Positions 38,761 to 48,430 of a DNA stretch of 56,944 nucleotides are shown one piece after another. The stretch is from Chromera velia (taxonomy: Eukaryota). The notes below the pieces were generated by a model. That model ran no database searches, was not told where the DNA came from, and saw nothing but the letters and a program-made list of their open reading frames with translations. The position numbers were made by a program, and so were the translations under genes. The stretch lies in contig JAHBMJ010000099.1 of assembly GCA_018398765.1 (NCBI GenBank), forward strand, positions 1-56,944, written 5' to 3'. Position 1 is the stretch's first letter. Each line of letters begins with the position of its first letter.

Positions 38761-39841
38761 ACTCCCGCCGTCGTTTCCAAGTCGGCAAGGAAGTCTTGGC
38801 GTCAGAGGGTATAGGATTAGATTCAAGACGAGATTGGTTTTCTTGAACAGTTTGAAGAGGGGGAAGAGCAAGCGTCCAGCAAGGAGAACCTCTCCTTTGA
38901 CATGTCTTTCCCATCAGTCATATGCGCTGTACGGGCTTTTGCGACACTCGAAAACCATCTAGCAGGAGAGGGAGAGGGTGACCAACCTGGTCTTCAAAAG
39001 GGTAAGTTTGTTGCAACATGGCTATGACAGCAGACTGAGTATGAAGCTCAGCAATCGGAGTCTGTTCTGTTTCTTGTTTCTTTGTTTTCTTTCCTTTTTA
39101 TCTCCTCATTCTCTTCTCCTACAGATAAACGACGTAAACACAATGACCGAACGGTCCTTTTCCAAATTGTTCATCCCTTTGACCCTTTGAACGCCTTCTT
39201 CGTACATCCATTCCAATCCTTGTTCTCCCTCTTTACTGGTTTGCTCTGGCTGCTCTCAGTACCATGGACTAGACCGTGGATTAGTTTGACTGTCGTAGCC
39301 TTCTATGGTGAGGGGCGGTACTTAGATTGATTAAGCGTTATTCATACAGGCGCCAGGTTTCAGTTAGCAGACGGCAGCCCCACCCCGATGAGTGATGGAG
39401 GTCTGGCAAAGGGGCAATACAGCATTATCCTAGACTCATGCATTGCATAATAGCCTATAATAATAATAATAATAGACCGATTAATAATAATGATAATGAT
39501 GATGATGATGGGGTAGTTATTCTTTTTTTTTTAGTAATATTTTAATTCATCAAGCAAAGTGATAAAGTTTTTTTATTTGTTTTCATGCGCTTTATTTTTT
39601 TATCTTGCATAACGCACTGTTACGTAGAGATGATATGGCAGCTATATAAGGGTGGTCCAATCGATTCCGTCCTGTGAAGGGCACCCGCGTCGACCATGCA
39701 TCTGATGTAAGCAAGCTTGTGAACGGTCTCAGAAAGGAAGAAAAATGATAACTGGTTAATTGACGCACGCTTAATTAGCCTATTATAATAGCTGCTTGAA
39801 GCAGCAGACAAGTATATGCATGTGCGTGCTTCGTTAATTTA

Positions 39842-40031
39842 GTAAGTGCCCCCCGGCGCGCTTTCCGGGGCCATGGTAGTTTTTAAGACTTTTCTCAGTA
39901 TTTCTGAGCCAATAAGGAGTGGAGCTTTCCGGGTATTTCCGGGGCCTTCTTTTGGTGAAAGACAGCATGCATGGGCTGTATAGGGTATTTCTGCTTTGTA
40001 AGTGCCCCCCGCTTCGCTTTTCGGGGCCATG
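39842..40031. repeat. Two 34-bp direct repeats, each a GC-rich hairpin (39842-39875 and 39998-40031)
   Basis: GTAAGTGCCCCCCGGCGCGCTTTCCGGGGCCATG versus GTAAGTGCCCCCCGCTTCGCTTTTCGGGGCCATG; both have CCCCG...CGGGG arms. Confidence 0.8.
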
Positions 40032-40301
40032 CACGCCAACTTGTTTGGAAATCTTTGGAAGAGCCCTATAGGAGCGAGGGCCGGTTCGCAACGCGTGTTG
40101 TGTTGCACGATGTGTTGCGCTGTTGTGCAACATGACATGTGCACCCATGCAGTATACATAGAGGTGTCTGACATGTCTCAGATGCTTCAATTGAACTGCT
40201 TGCTTGACGCGGCACTCTTTAATTAGATGTGTATATGTGCAAAGAAGATCAAAAGTTTATGAATCAGATCCTGCAAGTTTGAGTCTGAGTTTGCTGCTAC
40301 G

Positions 40302-41969
40302 ATGCTTCCAAGACGAACGCAACCGGCTGTTGTTCGAGAATTGCTGCATCACAGCAAGAGATGCTTTCCCCCCCTGAAGTCCTCTGCAGGAAGTGCAGCC
40401 CTGCGCCGGGACATAAAGTGCTCAGAGAGACAAGAGACTGGTGTGGAGAGACATTGGTTTCTGGGAAGCATATCTCCTCTGCTAGAAGCGAACTCCACTT
40501 CACGCCCAAACTCACAAGAAAACATTCAGAGAAGCTTTGCGTGCAAAGAAGCGGACGGACCGGAAAAGAAACATGCGCACTTCGACTTCTTGCGCTTGCA
40601 GCTGTTGCAGCCAGAGAAGGATCTGTGCGACAAGAGGACATTTGCTGAGAACCTGTCCAGTTCCCCGTCAGGAATTGTGTCCTCTCGTTCCTTTTCTCCG
40701 ATTTCTACTCTCGCCCCCGTGCTACAATCAGGTGCTCGAAACAGTCATTGTTTTCCACTTTCTCTCGGAACCCTCCGTTGTCGTGCGCAACTGCACACGT
40801 TGGCTGTTCCTACTTCTCACCAGCTGACAGAAAAAAAGGGTATGCCGCAGATCCGATGTGTCCAGGCTGAATGGGTCACTGATATCCCTTTGCCTCTCGT
40901 CCCAGCAATGGAAGCACCATCTAAAACTCGTGTGACAGCGAGAAATAAAGGGAAGTGTCCTCACGGAAAGGATCGGTACTATTGCAAGGAGTGCGGGGGA
41001 AGTGGCATCTGTGTACACGGCCGCCAACGCAATAAGTGCAAGGATTGTGGAGGAACCAGTATATGTGAGCACGGCCGCGAACGCTGTAAGTGTAAGGAGT
41101 GTGGGGGAAAAAGTATTTGTGAGCACGGTCGGCAGCGCAACCACTGTAAAGAGTGCGGCGGGAAAAGCCTTTGTGAGCATGGTCGCTCGCGGAGTCAGTG
41201 CAAGGAGTGTGGAGGAAAGAGCATCTGCGAACACGGTCGCCGGCGCAGTATTTGTAAAGAGTGTGGGGGCGGGAGCATTTGTGAGCATGGTCGCTTACGC
41301 TTTCAATGCAAAGATTGCGGTGGGAAGAGTATTTGTGAACACGGTCGACGACGGAGTACTTGCAAGGAGTGTGGGGGAAGTGGCATCTGTAAACACGGCC
41401 GCCAGCGACACCATTGCAAAGAATGTGGAGGGAAAGGCCTGTGCAAACATGGTCGCCAGCGCAGTAAGTGCAAAGAGTGTGCTGGGGACAGGGTATGCGA
41501 GCATTCACGTTTCAGGGATCGCTGTCCGATCTGCCAAAAGGATAATCCCCTGTTTCTTGCCAAGAGAAAAGAGAAGAATGCTCAGCGACGGATGAGGTAC
41601 AAAGATGACCTCATCTTCCGGTTGGCCCATACCGTGCGTCGGGCAGTCTGGAGATGTCTCACTTCTATTCGAGACAAGCGTAGCTCTCTAGAAAAAAAGC
41701 ACAGTTTGGAGTACCTCGGTTGTTCCTCCCAACAGCTGAAGGCCCATTTGGAGAGAGACTTCCGTCCTGGAATGTCGTGGGACAATTATGGGGGAACTGG
41801 ATGGCATGTTGACCACATTGTGCCAATCATGTATCCGGGCCCTGACGGGAAGAGACCGGACGTTGAGACTCAGATTGCTCGTCTCCACTTTTCAAACCTT
41901 CAGCCGATGTGGTCAGAAGAAAACCTTCGAAAGGGTAACAGATTCGTCGGCAGGCCCGACTGTCTCTAA
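40302..41969 (+). CDS. Tandem CxH-x6-CxxC zinc-binding repeat protein with C-terminal HNH endonuclease of NCLDV/phage type. The true start may be ATG 40908, or upstream with an in-frame intron at 40840-40905.
   Basis: Eleven 18-aa repeats at 40953-41534, then YLGCS...LK.HLE..F.PGMSWDNYG..GWHVDHIVP...HFSNLQPMW.EEN.RKGNR, with intact DH, N and N residues of the beta-beta-alpha-metal fold. Confidence 0.9.
   Translation: MLPRRTQPAVVRELLHHSKRCFPPLKSSAGSAALRRDIKCSERQETGVERHWFLGSISPLLEANSTSRPNSQENIQRSFACKEADGPEKKHAHFDFLRLQLLQPEKDLCDKRTFAENLSSSPSGIVSSRSFSPISTLAPVLQSGARNSHCFPLSLGTLRCRAQLHTLAVPTSHQLTEKKGMPQIRCVQAEWVTDIPLPLVPAMEAPSKTRVTARNKGKCPHGKDRYYCKECGGSGICVHGRQRNKCKDCGGTSICEHGRERCKCKECGGKSICEHGRQRNHCKECGGKSLCEHGRSRSQCKECGGKSICEHGRRRSICKECGGGSICEHGRLRFQCKDCGGKSICEHGRRRSTCKECGGSGICKHGRQRHHCKECGGKGLCKHGRQRSKCKECAGDRVCEHSRFRDRCPICQKDNPLFLAKRKEKNAQRRMRYKDDLIFRLAHTVRRAVWRCLTSIRDKRSSLEKKHSLEYLGCSSQQLKAHLERDFRPGMSWDNYGGTGWHVDHIVPIMYPGPDGKRPDVETQIARLHFSNLQPMWSEENLRKGNRFVGRPDCL
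40953..41534 (+). repeat. Coding 54-bp tandem repeat, 11 units (consensus ICEHGRxRxxCKECGGxS)
   Basis: First Cys codon at 40956 and the eleventh at 41496, an exact 54-bp spacing. Confidence 0.95.
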
Positions 41970-42090
41970 ATTTGATATGAGTGCATCGCCAGTCTTGCCT
42001 GCGTTTACCCGTGTTCCAACTTCCAAGCTACTTCTATTCCTCATTTCTATGTATAATAAGTTTGCTTGCTTAAATACGTATAAAGGGTAT

Positions 42091-42700
42091 ACTTACTTAC
42101 TTACTTACTTAATTGTGGTTAAGCCTAGGGTCTCCGAAACTAGAGACAAATGGCAACCCATGCATGCAGTTGTAAATAAAAGGAGCAAACCACCGCAGCT
42201 TAGCCTGCTTCCGCATGAATATGAACAACCACAACCCTTCGCAGCCTAGACTGAAGCTAAAGGCTGAACAACCACACAAGACGTGCGTGCACTCATTTCA
42301 AACAAGCTTCGATCAGTGCACTTGCCTTCTTCGGCTCCCGGTCTACAATGAATGAAACGAGCTCTCTTACATATGTTTCTTCTTCCCCGATACCTCTTCC
42401 CCCAGCTATAGCAGTCCATCTTGCTCTGCAGACCCTTTCACTAATTCCTGTTCTCTCTTTCACTCTCTCTGCCAGCAAGTAAAGTTTAGATCTAAGCTGC
42501 TCTGTTCGCATGCATGCAGACAATCGATGCACCGCATCGTCGATCACCTTAATTTTTGTCTTTGACTGCAGGACAGTGAACACAGTGTTATACAGTATTC
42601 TTTGCAGGATTCACCGTGTCTCTTTCCCCCACCAGCACATGCTTGAAGGAGAGAGGTGAAAAGAGAACCACCAGACAAGAAAGAGCAAGGCAGAGTACGC
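42091..42700 (-). mobile_element. Decayed 3' fragment of a non-LTR retrotransposon (CCHC zinc-knuckle C-terminus plus (TAAG)n tail; RTEX-like)
   Basis: The minus strand reads H.L..E...*HCVHC / (frameshift) VIDDAVHRLSAC....QLR, with a stop at 42293, a short 3' UTR and then (TAAG)x~5 at 42110-42091. Confidence 0.5.
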
Positions 42701-43379
42701 ATTTGAACAGTTACTGTGTAACCCCACCCCTTTCTAACCCTCCCCCCTAAAAGCAACATGGGTAGACACTGGTGCGATCGGTTCTCTATCTGAAAATTAC
42801 TCAATTGGGAGTTGCATGGATAGATACTACATGAACGGATGAGCCTATACTCGCTGACGGGTCTTAAAGTCAACCATTCCGACAACCATTCTGAGGCTTC
42901 CCTTTCCCTTGCTTTCTGCCTGAGTGTCCATTTATTCGTTTTGTTTCTCCCTCTCTGGCTTTCTTTTCTTAAAAGATCTGGTATGATTGTCTAAAGCATG
43001 CTACTGGCTGAATTAGCTCATACCGGGGTTAGCGATCTGTGCTATGCATCCCAGACTGCCCGAGGAACCTCCCTTTCTCTTCTCTTTATGCTTTCTATGA
43101 AAGTTTAACCCCCCAACCGATAAAAAAGGATCTCTCTCATGAGACGTATACCAACCAAAACCAAAGTTGGCACTTTGAAAGAGTTATAGGGCAAACGGAA
43201 TGTCCAGTGCATAAATCAAAGTTGCAATACATCAAGTGCAACGATATCTCTCTGACTTACCGGTAATTAAGGCTTCCAGCGAGTACGTTGCCACCGGCTC
43301 CCAGAGTGCCTGCAGTAAATAAACTTTGCATCGAGGGCGCAAAGGACCTAAAGATCAACAAGTGCCCATCACTGCCCCC

Positions 43380-44150
43380 AAACAGCGTTCAGTTATAGGT
43401 TTAGTTCATAAGTTAGTTAGTTAGTTTAACAACGAAATGTGAAATAACTAAAAAATTAAACTAACTAAAGATTATGCTCAGCTTTTAACTTAGTTTCAAG
43501 TTAAAATAGAAAGAGTGGATTATCTATTATACTAAACGTATTATTAGCGGTATATAGCTTTACTGCCTGGGATTCTGGGCTGGGAGCTTAATGCTCAAAT
43601 TGGGGTTAGACATCCTGTAATTAACTGATTAACTAACTGACTGCTTATCCAACTAACTAACGAATTATCAGAATGGATGTCACAATGTTATCGTCATGAA
43701 ACTTCTAAGAAACATGTAAAAGGCCAGGAATTTAGACAAAAATTTAAATTTTTAAAACTTTGGAGCTCGATTTTTTACTAAGCAGGATGAGATAAGACTT
43801 GATATTAATAGTTAGTGCTTATAGACTATTATAGACCTATATAAGATGAGAATTAAGACGGGTTTGTCAGAAGGTTCTACTTTTTTAATTTAGTCTTGAA
43901 TCTAGGAGCAAATATGTTTATTGATCACTTTAGACCAGTTCCAGCATTGGTGGTTTGAACGATACGGTAGAAAAAGAAAAAAGGGAGAGAGGAAAGATGG
44001 GGTGAAACCTGCATAACTGTGTTATAACATTTTCTTTTCATTGTAAAGACTACCCTTTGTTATAAGAGAAATACCTTAATCTACCTTAATCTTGAAAAAA
44101 ACCGACCCATTTGCCTAACTCTTTCTGAGACTTTTTTAGTCTTTTCTTGG
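43380..44150. mobile_element. AT-rich degenerate block, probable transposon relic
   Basis: AT/TpA-rich with no ORF of 60 aa or more in the track, and a sharp boundary with the GC-richer promoter of the next gene. Confidence 0.4.
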
Positions 44151-44620
44151 TTTCTCCTTCCGGGAAGTTCTCCGCCTGAATGCAGTAGACCGAAGCCCCG
44201 ATCACTGCGCATTCGTCTCGTCTGGTCGGTCATGTCTGGTCATGTCTGGTCTGGTCTCGGCAGACTTCGTCGAGGCCGCGGAGTGCGCGGCGGCAGTGTG
44301 AGGCCGATGTCTTGAGCAGCCCCGTCTACGGACGTGCCACGAAAGCATGCAGTCATATGCAGTCCGACGAAAGGTTAATGCGTGATGTATTAATACGAGT
44401 CTGCAGATAGTCCGCCTTTACCTGTCACTTCAATGCACGGTAATAATCAGAACTTGAACAACCTCGCCCCTTTGGTTTTATCAGCTGCACGAGCTGTGCT
44501 TCATTGTGTGATGACTGGGTAGAAGACTTAACTTTCCAGCACCATCTTTCTGGAGACGGTCCCGTCTCTCCGTCTCCTCTATCTCAGGAACCAAGCCCTA
44601 TCGAGAGTGCAGTGCAGAAA

Positions 44621-45244
44621 ATGTTGAGGCAGACCGCTGCGCTGCAGGGCCTCCTTCGAGACGGAGCCTGTACAGTTTCTGTCCGTTATTTTTCTTACCG
44701 CGGTCCTCCGTTGGGTGCAATCTCGACGCACAAGGAATGGAAAGCGTTCGTCAAGGGGCCTCGGCGAGGGCCGGGGTCACGGAACATTCCTTTCCAGAAC
44801 CCCAAGGTGTCGGGATTCAAACAGATTCAACACAAGTACCCGTACTTTAAGTGGAGGACAAAGTCAAGACAGTACATCTGCAAACAGCATGGGGCGGTGA
44901 AGCCGATTCTCACTGCTGCCCACCTGCATGTGGAATATGACTTTCCGAATGCCCCCGTATTTTGGGAGTTGAAGGAAACCCTTGAGAGAGCCCTGCCGGG
45001 TGTCCGGGTGACGTCTCAGCCTGTGGAGCGAGGGGGGTTGAGGGTCATCAGGGAGAGAGACGACGTGGCGGTTGACCTCGCGGAGGAAATCCGAAAAGAT
45101 CCTCTGCTCCTTCATTCGACCAGTGGGGGGCACAAGGAGACTGATGCGACGGAAGGTGGAAAGCAAAAAGAAGGGACAAGAAGGGAGTCGGCAGGGGCAC
45201 GGGGAAGTCAAGATGGTGAGTTGGCTAAATTTATCCGTGCGTGA
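44621..45244 (+). CDS. Hypothetical, probably mitochondrion-targeted basic protein with a thioredoxin/Rdx-like segment lacking CxxC/U
   Basis: MLRQTAALQGLLR...VRYFS presequence-like N-terminus, a K/R-rich middle, and LHVEYDFPNAPVFWELKETLERALPGVRV...GGLRV resembling SelW/SelT/Rdx spacing. A possible donor GTGAGT near 45216 leaves the 3' end uncertain. Confidence 0.7.
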   Translation: MLRQTAALQGLLRDGACTVSVRYFSYRGPPLGAISTHKEWKAFVKGPRRGPGSRNIPFQNPKVSGFKQIQHKYPYFKWRTKSRQYICKQHGAVKPILTAAHLHVEYDFPNAPVFWELKETLERALPGVRVTSQPVERGGLRVIRERDDVAVDLAEEIRKDPLLLHSTSGGHKETDATEGGKQKEGTRRESAGARGSQDGELAKFIRA

Positions 45245-46009
45245 GTGTCAGAGAAAAAGCCTGTCTGTGAGTGTCGTAGCAAAGCCGCTATGTGTCTATT
45301 GTAATGCAGCACAATAGAGAGTGATTTCTTATGTCTTCAAGTACCGAGCTTTCCGTCAATCCCTCCATGCATCGAACGAAGCACACAACCAAAAAAACGA
45401 CCAAACAATGAATGAATCGCCCACTCGCATTTCTCTTCCTTTCTTCATTTCAGTTGCCTTTGGTCTGAATCGCCCTCAAGTTGCGTCTCGTTCTCTTCTG
45501 TTTTCTTTCGGTCTGATGTTTAGAAGTCAAGCGGACAACCAGGAAAACGGCAGCCAGTCCGTCCGTTTCGTTTGCCCGTTTGTGTGTCAGTCTGCCAGCC
45601 TACCACGGTCTATCCTTCCGTCTGTCTGTCCGTCCTCTTTTTCTGTCTTTCGTTCCTTCAGTCTCTGTCTGTCCCTCTGTCCCTCTATCCGTCTTTCGTC
45701 CGTGCCAAAGGCAAGGGAATACGTCTTTCGGGCCCCGGCCGACGCTGTCTGAGAGACCGTTTCATTCTTTCATTTTGTGGATCGATCTTGCTTTTTTCCG
45801 CGGTTGGATGTGCGCGTAAAAGGAAAAGACGGAGAAGGATATTTACACTCTGCCCGTCCGGCTGTACTTTGGCCTCTTTGTGCGTCACTTACTTCTTCTG
45901 TCAGTATGTCGCGCGTGTCTCCGTCTCTCCGGGTGTCTGTCCGTGTGTCTGCCCGTGTATGTGCCTATCTGTCTGCCTGCCTTTCGACCTGCGACAAAAA
46001 TCAAAATGG

Positions 46010-46049
<40 letters not shown>

Positions 46050-46269
46050 CTCTCTGTGCGTGCGTGCGTGCGTGTGTATGTGTATGCGTATGTGTGTGTA
46101 TGTATGTGCCTGTGTTCGTTCGTCTCTTTCTCTTTCTCTGTCTCTCTCTCTGTATGTGTATGTGAGGGTGTGTCTCTGTCTCTGTCTCTGTCTCTGTCTG
46201 TCTGTCTGTCTGTTCATGAAGAAAAGGAGGGAAAGAAACCACATAGTCTGTCTGTCTGTTTGTCCGTCC

Positions 46270-46304
<35 letters not shown>

Positions 46305-47069
46305 GTGCGAGTTCAGCCTGAGGCCAATATGATGGCAATGACGTGTGACGAAATCCTCCTGGTTATTTTCGAATAGCCTGTTATCTTTTCTCGTTTCCTC
46401 AAAGGAGGCATTTCCTTGCAGGTCCTTATACCTGTGAGCAGTCACACACATACTCACTCACACACGCACGCACGCACGCACGCACGCACACGCATTCTTT
46501 CCATCTGAGCGGGCGGTCAAAAGAAGAGATCCAACCAGAAGAGAGGGTTTTATTGTGCCTTCACATGAAAAAGAGAACCCCAGAAGAAGAAATCAAAGGA
46601 TGAAGGGAACCCCAGAAGAAGAGAGAGGCGACAGCTGAAAACAAACTTCGTTACCGGCGCTACGTCGCGACAGACCCTATGCGAAAGGAAATGAAAAGAA
46701 ACGAACTCGTTCAGATGGAAAGAATGTGGAAATGCAAGAGGGCAACCCTGCACTGGGCGGTGAAGGGCCGCAGGGTACGACTCAAGGCCTGGAGCTCTGG
46801 TACCCTTCCACTGAGAGCGCGCCAAAAGAAGAGAAGAAAACAGAACAGAATGAAAAGAAGGCTCTGTCTGTCCGTCTGTGTCTGTCTGTCTGTGTCTGCT
46901 TGTTCGTGTGTCCGTCTGTCTGTCTGTCTGTCTATCTGTCCGAAAGAAAGGAAGCGTTTCGGAAAAAGTGAAGTGAAGAAAAGACGATATAGTCTGTCTG
47001 TCTGTCTGTCGGTCGGTCGGTCGGTCGGTCTGTTCATGAAGAAAAAGTGGGAGAAGAAGAAACCATATA

Positions 47070-47144
<75 letters not shown>

Positions 47145-47559
47145 CCTCCCTCCCTCCCTCCCTCCTGTGTGTGTATGAGAGAGAGAGAGAGAGGGAGATG
47201 GTGCATATGCGTTTGTGCAGCAATTGTAGTGTCCTGCAAGTCCCTTTTGCCCTGCATCCCTTGTGCTGTGGGTGTTTGACTGTTCATCCACGTATTCATC
47301 CATGCAGCTCGGCGTCCAACACACCTTGCCCATGCAGACACGGGACTGCGTGGAGATCCGAGAGAGTTCGGAGACATGGCGGAGGTGCGGCATCGCGCGG
47401 TGCTGCTTGCCAAGAGGGTAATGCGGGATTTGGGATTGCCGGGCCACGTACACAGACCCTCTATCCTGGATTAGATGGGCATTTCATGTCGAGTTACATG
47501 GCGGACTCAATTAAAGGTTTGACTCTCCTGATCTGCAACTCACTAATTGAGTAGTCAGC

Positions 47560-48430
47560 AATCTTGTCCCTCCCCTAGTCTTCCCCCCCCCCTTTCTTCC
47601 TTAATATTGCCTACTTAATTGCGCTAGCTCTTTTGCGTATGCGCACTAATGCACACTGTCCCGGACCCTCCTTCTATGCATGGATCGTTTCGTCCCGACT
47701 CCCTAGCTTCGTCCCTCTCCCTAGCTAGCTCTCTATCCGTTCTGCATATGCATTAAGTGCATGCCTAGGTGTATGCATGCATTTACAATAATATTTTCCA
47801 ATATAGTTTTGAAAAGATGTATCGATTTCCTTAATAATGCTTATAATCTTCTACTAGTAGCTAATTCAAATGCTAGTTTAAATGTTGCATGCACTTTATA
47901 GACGTTCCACGTATATGCTTCGATCGATCAGCCTTCAGATATTTTTGGGTGTACGTGAGGCTAGACATGATATCGTATATGATAATAGTAATAGTAATTC
48001 TAGTAGTGATTTAGTTGGTACCCTAAGTCGAACCCTAGGTCTATAGCCTTATTAAGTTGAACACTGACACATCATCGGTGCAAGCCGATACCTGGCAGTG
48101 GACCGCGGGGATTCCTGGAACATCAAATCCTATCCTATCCTATCCTTCTCTAGTACGTCTCTTCTCTAAACTTTTCTATAAAAACTTTTACTTCATTATA
48201 GCTCGGCATTGGGGCAGGAGCCTAATCCTCCGTTATATCCTTTAGATTATACTCTAGATCCTCTGGACATTAATCCTATCCTATAGTTAATCCACATAAT
48301 ATATAGATGATGACAATGATGATAATATCTAGGATAATATAGACCTTAGTTAGTACTTAGACTAGTATACTTAGATCTAAACTCATACAGATACATTCTG
48401 AAATAACACATTTTTCTAGACATTTTTTCA
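47560..48430. mobile_element. AT-rich degenerate block, probable transposon relic(s)
   Basis: Dense TAG/CTA/TAA; internal duplication GGA(A)CAT(C/T)AA(A)TCCTATCCTAT at ~48117 and ~48266. Confidence 0.4.

Noticed and set aside
39619..39710. Possible C/D snoRNA (ATGATA...CTGA with a short terminal stem)
   Set aside because: The C box is imperfect and the putative SSU complementarity (CGACCATGCAT) has an internal mismatch; insufficient support.
40728..41595. Alternative-frame and antisense ORFs over the zinc repeat array
   Set aside because: Shadow ORFs produced by the 54-bp coding periodicity.
46330..47413. Possible minus-strand gene (fragments YKDLQGNASFEETRKDN and MSPNSLGSPRSP)
   Set aside because: I could not build a phase-consistent model or recognise a family; the region is dominated by microsatellites.
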